In this document: piece by piece, positions 27,087 through 34,988 of the stretch
How the letters are laid out: every line of letters starts with the position of its first letter
Numbering within the stretch: position 1 is the first letter of the stretch
IMG/VR virus record: IMGVR_UViG_3300032233_001964
Location: 6,498 to 70,497 of that record
Direction: 5' to 3' (one strand)
DNA length: 64,000 bases
From: a virus
Lineage: Duplodnaviria; Caudoviricetes
Program-made: the position numbers and the translations under genes
Notes under the pieces: generated by a model
What the model saw: only the letters and a program-made list of their open reading frames with translations
Database searches by the model: none
Told to the model about the DNA's origin: nothing

Positions 27087-28736
27087 TTGGCGGCACCCGC
27101 AAGTCTACCCGGCGGCGCGAAGATCGTGCAGTTGCCGCACATGCACATGGGTAAGGTGAACGCCTTGTTCGCGACGCCGTGGGCGTTCGTCTCGATGTGC
27201 CAGATCGTCCGGGAGGACGAGTCCATCGGCTACCTTGAGCCGACGAACATCCAGATGAAGTTCCTTCAGGCGTGCGCGGACCACCGCTGGGTGCTCTGCG
27301 ACAAGTTCCGCCAGGCGAAGATCACCACGCCGTCGGTCATGCTGCTCCTCCGCGACTGCATGTACCTGCAAGGCGTGAAGGGCGTGCTGATCGCCGAGCG
27401 CCAGGACACCGCCGAGGACATCTTCGAGCGCATCCTGTTCGCCTACAAGAACCTGCCCGACGACGTGAAGGTGCCGACCGAGGCGGGCCGCAAGCCCGGC
27501 ACGACGCAGATCCACTTCATCCACGGCGGCGGCATCAAGGTGCTGACGGCTGGTGGACGCAGCCCTGCCGTCGGTCGCTCCATCGACCGCCTGCTCATCA
27601 CCGAGTTCGGTGAGGCGCAATGGCAGCGCAAGGCCGCCGCGAACATCTTCCCCGCCGTCAACAAGCGGCAGAACGCCCGCGTCATCCTTGAGTCGACGCC
27701 CGGAACGGCGGGCAGCCACCACGAGACGATGTGGCACAACGCGCTTGAGGGAAAGGGCCGCTTCCATCCCGTGTTCCTTGAGTGGTGGCTCGACCCGTCG
27801 TGCCGCTCCGATCCCGCCGGCCTGAAGCCGACGGAGGTCGAGTTCGAGTACATGAAGCGGCATCCGGGGATGGATCTCCACAACCTCGCGTTCCGCCGCC
27901 TCTCGCTCCAAACGGAAATGGGTAACGACGAGCGGCTCTTCACGTCGAAGTACCCGTCCGACCCCTACGATGGTTGGCTCGGCAGCGGGCAGCCCGTGAT
28001 GCCGGTCGACGTCTTGAAGGAGAGCCTGCTGCACTCTGTCGTGCCGCCGGAGCCGGCGGCGAAGGGCGCCAGCCTCTTGGAGAAGCCGGTGAAGGGGCGC
28101 GCCTACCTCGTGTGCGCGGACCCGGCGGGCTTCGGCAGCGTCGGCGACAACAGCGCCGTGACGGTGTGGGACGCCATCGAGCGGCGCGAGGTCGCCGTGT
28201 GGGAAGGCCGTGAGGATCCGGGTCGCTTCAGCGAGCGGCTCCTGAACCTCCAGCGCTTCTACAACCAGGCGCTCCTCGCGGTCGAGTCCAACGCCGCGGC
28301 GTGTATCGCCATGCTGAAGGACAAGGGCGCGCGGAACCTGCTGTGGACCGACCGCAACCATCCCGGCTGGTACGCGACGGAGAAGCGGGTGCAGGAGGGC
28401 GAGGCCCGTCTCGTCCGCATGCTTCGTGAGCGGGAACTCACGATCAAGTCGAAGCCGCTTCTCCATCAGTTGATCAACTACGACGGCGACCGGACGAAGC
28501 GGTCGGCGAACAGCGACGGCACGACGCACCACTTCGACCTTGCGCGCACCGCGGTCATGGCCGCCGACATCCTGTCGCGTCGCCGCTTCACGAGCGACGA
28601 AATGCCGATGCAGACGCAAGAGTTCGCGCCCTCCGACGAACCGCGCGTTACCATCGCGGACCTCGACAAGTACAAGCATCAGGAGCGGGCTGCCGCTCGC
28701 AACCCCTTCAAGCCCATCGCGCGAGAGTGGACATGA
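27087..28736 (+). CDS. terL: Terminase large subunit
   Basis: TTG start after GAGGAG; KFRQAKITT Walker A, LLITE Walker B, ILESTP motif, ADPAG..DNSA RNase H nuclease. Confidence 0.9.
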   Translation: MAAPASLPGGAKIVQLPHMHMGKVNALFATPWAFVSMCQIVREDESIGYLEPTNIQMKFLQACADHRWVLCDKFRQAKITTPSVMLLLRDCMYLQGVKGVLIAERQDTAEDIFERILFAYKNLPDDVKVPTEAGRKPGTTQIHFIHGGGIKVLTAGGRSPAVGRSIDRLLITEFGEAQWQRKAAANIFPAVNKRQNARVILESTPGTAGSHHETMWHNALEGKGRFHPVFLEWWLDPSCRSDPAGLKPTEVEFEYMKRHPGMDLHNLAFRRLSLQTEMGNDERLFTSKYPSDPYDGWLGSGQPVMPVDVLKESLLHSVVPPEPAAKGASLLEKPVKGRAYLVCADPAGFGSVGDNSAVTVWDAIERREVAVWEGREDPGRFSERLLNLQRFYNQALLAVESNAAACIAMLKDKGARNLLWTDRNHPGWYATEKRVQEGEARLVRMLRERELTIKSKPLLHQLINYDGDRTKRSANSDGTTHHFDLARTAVMAADILSRRRFTSDEMPMQTQEFAPSDEPRVTIADLDKYKHQERAAARNPFKPIAREWT

Positions 28737-30457
28737 ACCTCAGCAACCTCATCGACCGCCACCGCCGCTTCTACGAACGCACCGAGAAGAAGAACTTCGA
28801 CAAGGCGCGTCGCTACTACCGGGGCGAGTTCTACACGAGCCGGAACGATGTGAACCTGAGCGACGGCGCGATCCCCTCGTTCCTCTGCTCGAAGAACATG
28901 ATCTACGCCATCGCGGACACCGCCGTGTCGGCGCTGCTCGGCCCCAACCCGAAGGTAGCCGCGAACCCGCGCAACAAGGTGAGCCAGGAGGCCATCCCGC
29001 TCGTCAACGGGCTGATGGAGTACGTGTTCGACGCGAACAACATGCGTCGTCGCGCGGCCACCGCGCTCATCGACGCGGTCCTCTGCAAGCGCGGCGTGTT
29101 CAAGACGGGCTGGGACATGAACGGCGACAAGCCGGTGGTCCGCGTCATCGAGCCGGGGTCCATCTTCTTCGACCAGACGGTGCGCGACGTCGATGACATC
29201 CGCTACTGGCTGGAGGCCGCGGTCATCCCGTGGACCGAGTTCCAGCGCCGCGTGAAGACGGGCGCCTACAAGTCGCCGAAGATCGCGGACGTGACGCCGG
29301 ACCGCTATCCGAAGTGGATCACGGACTCCTACAAGAACAGCGACACCGCGCAGCTCCGCGATGCGTTCGAGTGGGTGACGGTCTGGGAGTACTACGACCG
29401 CGAGAGCAACAAGGTCATCCACTACGTCCGCCAGGCCGACACCATCGTGTTTGAGCAGGAGCTCGACTACATCCCCTACTCGATGTTCTCGCTCAATCAG
29501 AGCGCGGTGGACTGCCTCGGCCTGTCCGAGGTGCAGCTCGTCCTCAACCAGCAGGAGACGATCAACGACCTGCTCACGCACATGAAGCAGATCGTCTACC
29601 TGATGATCCCGCGCATCCTGTTCAACAGCGAGCTCATCACCGAGGAAGACCTCAACAAGGCGGTCGAGGCGGCGACGGGATCGTTCGTGCCCATCAGCCC
29701 GACGAACGCCGAGGGGCTCCGCACGCTCTCGACGCTGTTCTACGAGATGCCGATGCCGCAGGTTCCGGTCGGCGTCGAGAACTTCATCGCTCGTCAGGAA
29801 GGCGACGCGGCGTTCATCTCGGCCCTCGCCGAGGCGGCCCGTGGTCAGGTCGCCGGCGCGCGTACCGCCACGGAGATGGCGATCATCGACGCGCAGATGC
29901 GGACCCGTCTCGCCACGCGCGAGGGCCACATCAACACCGCGTTGCAGGACGTGGCGGAGAAGTGCTTCTACCTGGCGAAGAAGTACATGAAGGAGCCGAA
30001 ACTCGTTCAGGTCAGCGGCCACGAGGGATGGAGCGAGGTCAGCCTCGCCGACATCCACGAGGTGGACGTGAACTTCTCGATGGTGTCGTACAACCCGATC
30101 CGTCAGAACCCGTCGGTCATGTCCGAGACGCTGTTGAAGCTGTTCCCGATCCTCGCGCAGGATCCGAACGTCAACAAGCGTGCGCTGCTCGAAGAGCTCG
30201 TCAACGGCGTCGGCCTCTCCGGTCGCCTCCTCATCCCGAAGGAGGAGTTGGAGCAGCAGGAGGCGATGGCGCAGCAGATGATGATGGCGCAGATGATGGG
30301 CGCTGCGGGCGCCGCAGGTCCGGGTGCTGCGCCTCCGGGGATGCCGATGCTCCCCGCCGGCGAGGTGCCTGGTGCCGAGACGACCGAGGCCGCCACGCAG
30401 AACGTGCCGTCCGATGTCATGGCCGCGATGGGTCCGACGCCCATCCCGGTCGCCTAG
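28733..30457 (+). CDS. Portal protein
   Basis: Follows terL; ~575 aa; GARTATEMAII motif; Met/Gln-rich tail. Confidence 0.85.
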   Translation: MNLSNLIDRHRRFYERTEKKNFDKARRYYRGEFYTSRNDVNLSDGAIPSFLCSKNMIYAIADTAVSALLGPNPKVAANPRNKVSQEAIPLVNGLMEYVFDANNMRRRAATALIDAVLCKRGVFKTGWDMNGDKPVVRVIEPGSIFFDQTVRDVDDIRYWLEAAVIPWTEFQRRVKTGAYKSPKIADVTPDRYPKWITDSYKNSDTAQLRDAFEWVTVWEYYDRESNKVIHYVRQADTIVFEQELDYIPYSMFSLNQSAVDCLGLSEVQLVLNQQETINDLLTHMKQIVYLMIPRILFNSELITEEDLNKAVEAATGSFVPISPTNAEGLRTLSTLFYEMPMPQVPVGVENFIARQEGDAAFISALAEAARGQVAGARTATEMAIIDAQMRTRLATREGHINTALQDVAEKCFYLAKKYMKEPKLVQVSGHEGWSEVSLADIHEVDVNFSMVSYNPIRQNPSVMSETLLKLFPILAQDPNVNKRALLEELVNGVGLSGRLLIPKEELEQQEAMAQQMMMAQMMGAAGAAGPGAAPPGMPMLPAGEVPGAETTEAATQNVPSDVMAAMGPTPIPVA

Positions 30458-30458
30458 T

Positions 30459-30473
30459 TGAAAATAGTTCTCA
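30459..30473. promoter_or_regulatory. Fur-box-like 7-1-7 palindrome TGAAAAT-A-GTTCTCA
   Basis: 2 mismatches from TGAGAATNATTCTCA; AT-rich island upstream of the 30489 ATG. Confidence 0.35.
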
Positions 30474-30488
30474 AGTTAAAGGAATACC

Positions 30489-30956
30489 ATGCCGATACAC
30501 GATGTAAGGTGTCCTGCGTGTGGATGGGGCAAGGCTGACACGTTCGTCCGCCTCGAAGAGATGCCCTCGTGCGACGAGTGCGGCGTGCCGACCCGGATCG
30601 ACTGGTCCCACGGCATCGCGCCCTCGGTGCGCGGTCACGGCTACGGCTCGTTCACGGCCATCGACATGGGCGTGCTCGGCAAGGCCGAGACGAAGGAAGA
30701 CTACGACCGTGCCGTGTCGACGATCCAGCAGCGGTTCCCCGGCCACCGCGTCGAGCTGACGAGCGAGACGGCGGCGCAGAAGCAGGCCCGCCTCGACGGC
30801 GTCCGGCAGCGCCACTACGAGAGCCAGCGGAAGGCGGGCGTGGACAAGCAGATGATCGCGGAGGCGCAGGAGGAGAAGCGTCGCAAGACGCAGGAGGCAC
30901 CTCCGGCCCCGCCGCCCCCGAAGCCGGCAGCGAAGCCCGCCGTGGGTGCCGCGTGA
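30489..30956 (+). CDS. FmdB-like zinc-ribbon protein
   Basis: MPIHDVRCPACG..CDECG. Confidence 0.75.
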   Translation: MPIHDVRCPACGWGKADTFVRLEEMPSCDECGVPTRIDWSHGIAPSVRGHGYGSFTAIDMGVLGKAETKEDYDRAVSTIQQRFPGHRVELTSETAAQKQARLDGVRQRHYESQRKAGVDKQMIAEAQEEKRRKTQEAPPAPPPPKPAAKPAVGAA

Positions 30957-31186
30957 AGCCCATGCGTACCTTGGAGTCGGCGCGCCTCGCCGTGGCGCAC
31001 AACCCGCGCCAGTTGCGGGTGGTCGGTCCCTACGGCACGCAGGACATGATCGTGGTCGAGGACCGCGAGACGGGGGAGCGGCGCGTCATTCCGAACAAGC
31101 GCGTCCTCGTGGCGGGCAACAACATCGGCGTGGCGTTCGAGATGACCGCGCCGGGTGCGGGGTTTGAAAGTTCAGAAGATGAGTAG
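30953..31186 (+). CDS. Hypothetical protein
   Basis: GTGA-coupled ORF (MKPMRTLESARL...). Confidence 0.55.
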   Translation: MKPMRTLESARLAVAHNPRQLRVVGPYGTQDMIVVEDRETGERRVIPNKRVLVAGNNIGVAFEMTAPGAGFESSEDE

Positions 31187-31247
31187 CGGGCCGGGCCGCG
31201 CTCTGTCTTACCTTCCCGGTTTCATCAAACCACGTTAGAGGTGTTCA

Positions 31248-31754
31248 ATGGCCGAGATGACCAAGACTGCGCCGCAGGGCCCGAAGATGCCGGAGGGCGG
31301 GATCGTTCCGCGCCGCGACATCAAGCCGCTCGCGGACGAGATCGACGCGATCCTCAAGGAGGCCGGCCTCGCCGAGGGTGGCGCGGGCGGACCGGAGACG
31401 GGCATGGCCCCTGCGGCCTCTCGCAGCCCTGAAGGCGAGCGCAACGGCACGGGCGTCAGCATGAAGGCGGGCGAGGGCGCCATGTCCGACGCCAGCGTCA
31501 TCGCCGACGTGCTTGGCGTGTCGATGGAGAAGGCGCAGGCGCTCCTCGACGCGGCGATGGCGATGCCGAAGATGGCAGGCAAGAGCCCCGCCGAGATCGC
31601 GGACATGCTGTCCAAGGACATGAACCTCCGCATGCAGCTCGAGAAGAACATGGGCGCAGGCGAGGACAAGATGGCGCGGAAGGCGATGGCGGCCGAGGGC
31701 ATGAAGGCTCCTCCGGCGCCCCTGCCGACCGAGCCGTCGATGGGCAAGATGTAG
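31248..31754 (+). CDS. Hypothetical head-module protein (Met/Ala-rich)
   Basis: GAGGTG SD; strong codon bias. Confidence 0.65.
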   Translation: MAEMTKTAPQGPKMPEGGIVPRRDIKPLADEIDAILKEAGLAEGGAGGPETGMAPAASRSPEGERNGTGVSMKAGEGAMSDASVIADVLGVSMEKAQALLDAAMAMPKMAGKSPAEIADMLSKDMNLRMQLEKNMGAGEDKMARKAMAAEGMKAPPAPLPTEPSMGKM

Positions 31755-31767
31755 ACCAGGAGAAGTC

Positions 31768-32652
31768 ATGTTTGAAGCCGAGAACGAGAAGGAAACCGAA
31801 GCCCCCGAAGTCGTCACCGCGGAGGAGAGCATCGAGGAGATGCCCGAACCCGTCGAGGACGCCCCGTCGGTCTTCGACTGGAACGGGGAACTGGACGCGC
31901 TGACCAAGGCTGACTGGTTCAGCAAGATCGGCGACGATGGCCTCCGCAACACGCTCGTCCGCGGCTTCGAGTCGAAGTACAAGAACTTCGAGCGCGGCTT
32001 CACGAAGGCGTTCCAGGACACCGCGGCTCGCCGCAAGGAACTGGAGCGCCGTGAGGCCGCCATCCGCGAGAACGAGTTGCGCGTGCAGCGGTGGCTCTCC
32101 GGCAACGCCGACCCGATGGCCGAGAAGCAGGTCGAGATCGACAAGCTGAAGGCCGCTCACGACGCTGCCATTCAGACGCTGCGCGACGAGTACGCGCAGT
32201 CCGTGCAGAAGGCGCAGGAGGAGTGGACCGGCAAGTACGGTTCCGCCGAGCGCGAGCGCGATGAGCTGCGCCAGCGGTTGGAGCAGTTTGAGTACGAGGC
32301 CAAGGCCGCCGAAGAGCGTCAGGTCGAAGAGGCGGTCGACGAGGTCGAGGGCTGGCTGAAGAGCGAGGCGTCCGACGTCTACGAGAACGACGAGGCGTTC
32401 TACGCCTTCTGCGTGCTCGTGACGGGCGGCCTCGACCCGGAGGACGCCGTCGTCATGACGCGCGCCAAGTTCGGCCCGCCGCCGGCCCCGACGCCGGAGC
32501 CCGTGCCGGAGGCCATGAACCTGATGAACCTCGGCCCGCAGCGTGGCGCGGGCACGGTGCAGTCGGAGAGCCGGTCCTACAAGGACATCATGGACGCGAT
32601 GCGTCGTGCGGCACAGACCGACGAGTCCGCGTTCTACTCTCCGAAGCGTTGA
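31768..32652 (+). CDS. Capsid scaffolding protein
   Basis: Acidic N-terminus, long coiled coil, position after portal. Confidence 0.7.
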   Translation: MFEAENEKETEAPEVVTAEESIEEMPEPVEDAPSVFDWNGELDALTKADWFSKIGDDGLRNTLVRGFESKYKNFERGFTKAFQDTAARRKELERREAAIRENELRVQRWLSGNADPMAEKQVEIDKLKAAHDAAIQTLRDEYAQSVQKAQEEWTGKYGSAERERDELRQRLEQFEYEAKAAEERQVEEAVDEVEGWLKSEASDVYENDEAFYAFCVLVTGGLDPEDAVVMTRAKFGPPPAPTPEPVPEAMNLMNLGPQRGAGTVQSESRSYKDIMDAMRRAAQTDESAFYSPKR

Positions 32653-32682
32653 CAGGCCGGCCGGGTCGGATAGGGTGACTGT

Positions 32683-32765
32683 GCGGGCTTCAGCCCGTGG
32701 TCATTCTCCTGATCTGTCCTGAAGGCAGCCGCCGGGCGGGCAACCTCCCGGCGGTTTCTTCTTTT
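32683..32765 (+). ncRNA. Candidate small RNA (5' hairpin, CU-rich anti-SD seed, intrinsic terminator)
   Basis: TTGACA(32649)-N16-TAGGGT(32671); hairpin GCGGGC-TTCA-GCCCGT; seed TTCTCCTGA; stem 32728-32755 plus U-tract. Confidence 0.5.
32728..32765 (+). terminator. Intrinsic terminator
   Basis: GCCGCCGGG...CCCGGCGGT followed by TTCTTCTTTT, at a strand convergence. Confidence 0.75.
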
Positions 32766-32965
32766 CAGAACGGCGGAAAGCGCGACCGCAGGGATACCCA
32801 AAGTTGAACGCCGCGTTCCTCGCAGTACTCGCAGAAGGCGAGGTCGCGACGATGCAGCACCATGAGACGCCACCACACGGGCTCGTAGGGAACGACGACG
32901 CGCGCCTGGCGCGGTCCGGTTTCCAACCAGACGAGGAGCTCCTCGGTCGGATCGTCGGGGCTCAG
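32765..32965 (-). CDS. Possible small protein with CxxC (start uncertain)
   Basis: In-frame CTG overlapping the upstream stop; ...AFCEYCEERGVQLW. Confidence 0.4.
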   Translation of the reverse strand: MSPDDPTEELLVWLETGPRQARVVVPYEPVWWRLMVLHRRDLAFCEYCEERGVQLWVSLRSRFPPF

Positions 32966-33141
32966 TGCTTCCCGACCTTGACCTTGACCTTCACGACCGG
33001 CTTCGGCAGGAGGCCGGAGATGTCGGGCACCTTCTTGCCGGCGGGGTTGATGCCCTCCTGAAGCATCGCCTCCTCGGCCGCGGTGTTCTTCATCTGCTGG
33101 AGGCGAGCGTAGTAGTCGACCTTGGCGGGATCCTGGCGCAT
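32962..33141 (-). CDS. Hypothetical small protein
   Basis: GAGGA SD then ATG. Confidence 0.55.
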   Translation of the reverse strand: MRQDPAKVDYYARLQQMKNTAAEEAMLQEGINPAGKKVPDISGLLPKPVVKVKVKVGKH

Positions 33142-33149
33142 GGTAGTCC

Positions 33150-33938
33150 TCACTTGTAGCCGGCCTTGGCAGGAGCCTCGGCGGCAAGCCTGTCATAGGC
33201 CATCTGCTGGAAATGCTTCGTGGCCTCGTCACGGGCGTCATTGCGCTTCTGGCGCGATGCCTCGGCCTCTTCCTCCGACGGCCCGAAGAGGTAGCCCTTG
33301 AGCCCCTCCTCCATCTTGACGAGCTTGGTCGTGTCGAACGCCGCCTGCCCGGCGCGCGCGGCGGGCTTTTTGGCTTCTTCCTGCAACTGCTCTTGGTACT
33401 TGGGCAGTCCGGTGGAAACCATCGTCATGGCCTCGCGCAGCATGGGGCCGTATTCCTTGGTGCGCTGGCCGACATTGCTGTCCGCCCCGCCGCCCCACTT
33501 CTTCATGCCCTCGATCCCGGCGATGTAGGTCATGCCGAGTCCCTCCGGGGAGGAGAACCCTGCGGCTTTCGCCCTCGCGAAGTGCTGCGCCGCGATGTCG
33601 GCGTCCCGCTCGACCTGCGTGGCGTACTGAGCGGACGGCTTGAACTCCTTCCGCGTGATCTCGGTGATCTGGAACGGCCCCGTCGCGCCCGCCTCCGACT
33701 CACGGCCCATCGGATCGCCCCTGCCGCGCGTTTCCACCATGTGTGTCGCGATGAGCGTCTCGACCGGCACTCCGTGCTTGTCGGCGATTGGCTTCAACAC
33801 GCCGTACAGCGCGAGCGCCGTCGGCAGGCGCGCTTCCAGCGCCTTCCTGTACGCGGAGTTGATCGGCCCTGCCACGATGGGCGCGAGCTTCTCCTCTGCC
33901 TGAGCAGCGAGGCGATAGCCTTCAGACGCACCGGCCAC
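33150..33938 (-). CDS. Lytic transglycosylase (SLT-like) protein
   Basis: Catalytic Glu in THMVETRG, GATGPFQIT (GLMQ-like), MTYIAG (AYNAG-like). Confidence 0.8.
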   Translation of the reverse strand: MAGASEGYRLAAQAEEKLAPIVAGPINSAYRKALEARLPTALALYGVLKPIADKHGVPVETLIATHMVETRGRGDPMGRESEAGATGPFQITEITRKEFKPSAQYATQVERDADIAAQHFARAKAAGFSSPEGLGMTYIAGIEGMKKWGGGADSNVGQRTKEYGPMLREAMTMVSTGLPKYQEQLQEEAKKPAARAGQAAFDTTKLVKMEEGLKGYLFGPSEEEAEASRQKRNDARDEATKHFQQMAYDRLAAEAPAKAGYK

Positions 33939-33939
33939 G

Positions 33940-34347
33940 TCAGTACTTCATGGGCTTGGGCTTGAGGAACGCCGGCGGCCCCTTCTTGGGCGGCCCGGCC
34001 ATGACCTTAGCGGGCTCCGGCATCTCCTCTTCCTCGGTGGACTCGTCGCCGATCACTTCCTTGATCGTCTTGGCCTGCATCGCGTGCTTCGAGGAGGACT
34101 GGTCGAGCTGCTCCGCGATCTCGCGGAGCTTCGCCGCGGCGGACTTGAAGTCCATCTTGGACATGTCGGGCACGAGGCTCGCCTTCTCCGGCGTCGGCTC
34201 GTCGCCCTCGTCCTCTTCCTCCTCGGCCATCTCGAACATCATCGGCCCCATCGCCATGCCGGCGTGCTCGGCCATCGGGTCGAAGAACCCTCCATGACCG
34301 GCTGCCTTCTTCTTGGCGAGGATGAGGATGGAAGCGGGACCGGGCAT
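33940..34347 (-). CDS. Hypothetical acidic/Met-rich protein
   Basis: GAGGT SD, ATG 34347. Confidence 0.6.
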   Translation of the reverse strand: MPGPASILILAKKKAAGHGGFFDPMAEHAGMAMGPMMFEMAEEEEDEGDEPTPEKASLVPDMSKMDFKSAAAKLREIAEQLDQSSSKHAMQAKTIKEVIGDESTEEEEMPEPAKVMAGPPKKGPPAFLKPKPMKY

Positions 34348-34431
34348 AGACAAACCTCGACTTGAGGCGTATGCTACCATCGCCATGAAGTGTACGCAAT
34401 AGCGCGGCACTCGGAGTTCTGGAGGTAGGTC

Positions 34432-34935
34432 ATGGCTGCATATGGTTGGATCGTTCGCAAGTTCATCCGCTACGGCGAGGTCATCCCCGAGCACTTCACC
34501 GGGCAGTCGGTGCAGGCGCTCGTCGTCGGCACCAACTCGACGCTCGACACGGCGAACGCCTCGGCGGACGTCAGCGTCGTGCTGTCGATCCCCGACAACG
34601 CGGGTGTCGGAACGACCGTTCACACGATCACGCTGCCCTACAAGGTGCGCGTGCTCCCCGGCTCGTACATCGTGCCGACCGCCACCACCGCGGCCAACGT
34701 CACGGTGACCATCGGCAAGTCGGCCCCCATCGCGGGCGCCAGCGCCATCCAGGCGACGGCCGCTGCGGTGAACACGCTGAACACCCCGCGTCTCCCGGCC
34801 GACCACATCGTCGCCAACGAGACGATCAACCCGAAGGCCACGGACGTGGAGAGCCTGACCATCACGGTCCTCAAGGCCACTCCGGCGAACGTCGCCCCGT
34901 TCCGGGTCTACCTCCAGCTCGCCAAGGCGGACTGA
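34432..34935 (+). CDS. Putative virion beta-sandwich protein (167 aa)
   Basis: GGAGGT SD; strong codon bias; Thr/Ala/Val-rich. Confidence 0.65.
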   Translation: MAAYGWIVRKFIRYGEVIPEHFTGQSVQALVVGTNSTLDTANASADVSVVLSIPDNAGVGTTVHTITLPYKVRVLPGSYIVPTATTAANVTVTIGKSAPIAGASAIQATAAAVNTLNTPRLPADHIVANETINPKATDVESLTITVLKATPANVAPFRVYLQLAKAD

Positions 34936-34941
34936 GGTCTT

Positions 34942-34981
34942 CGGGAGGGCCATCCGATCAACTGATTAGTTGGCCCTCCCG
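34942..34981. terminator. Hairpin terminator at gene convergence
   Basis: CGGGAGGGCCA ... TGGCCCTCCCG, 11-bp stem. Confidence 0.65.
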
Positions 34982-34988
34982 CTTTCCG

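Noticed and set aside
27590-27620. Inactive terminase (Walker B reads ITE, not DE)
   Set aside because: S/T-E Walker B variants are usual in this terminase group, and the other motifs are intact
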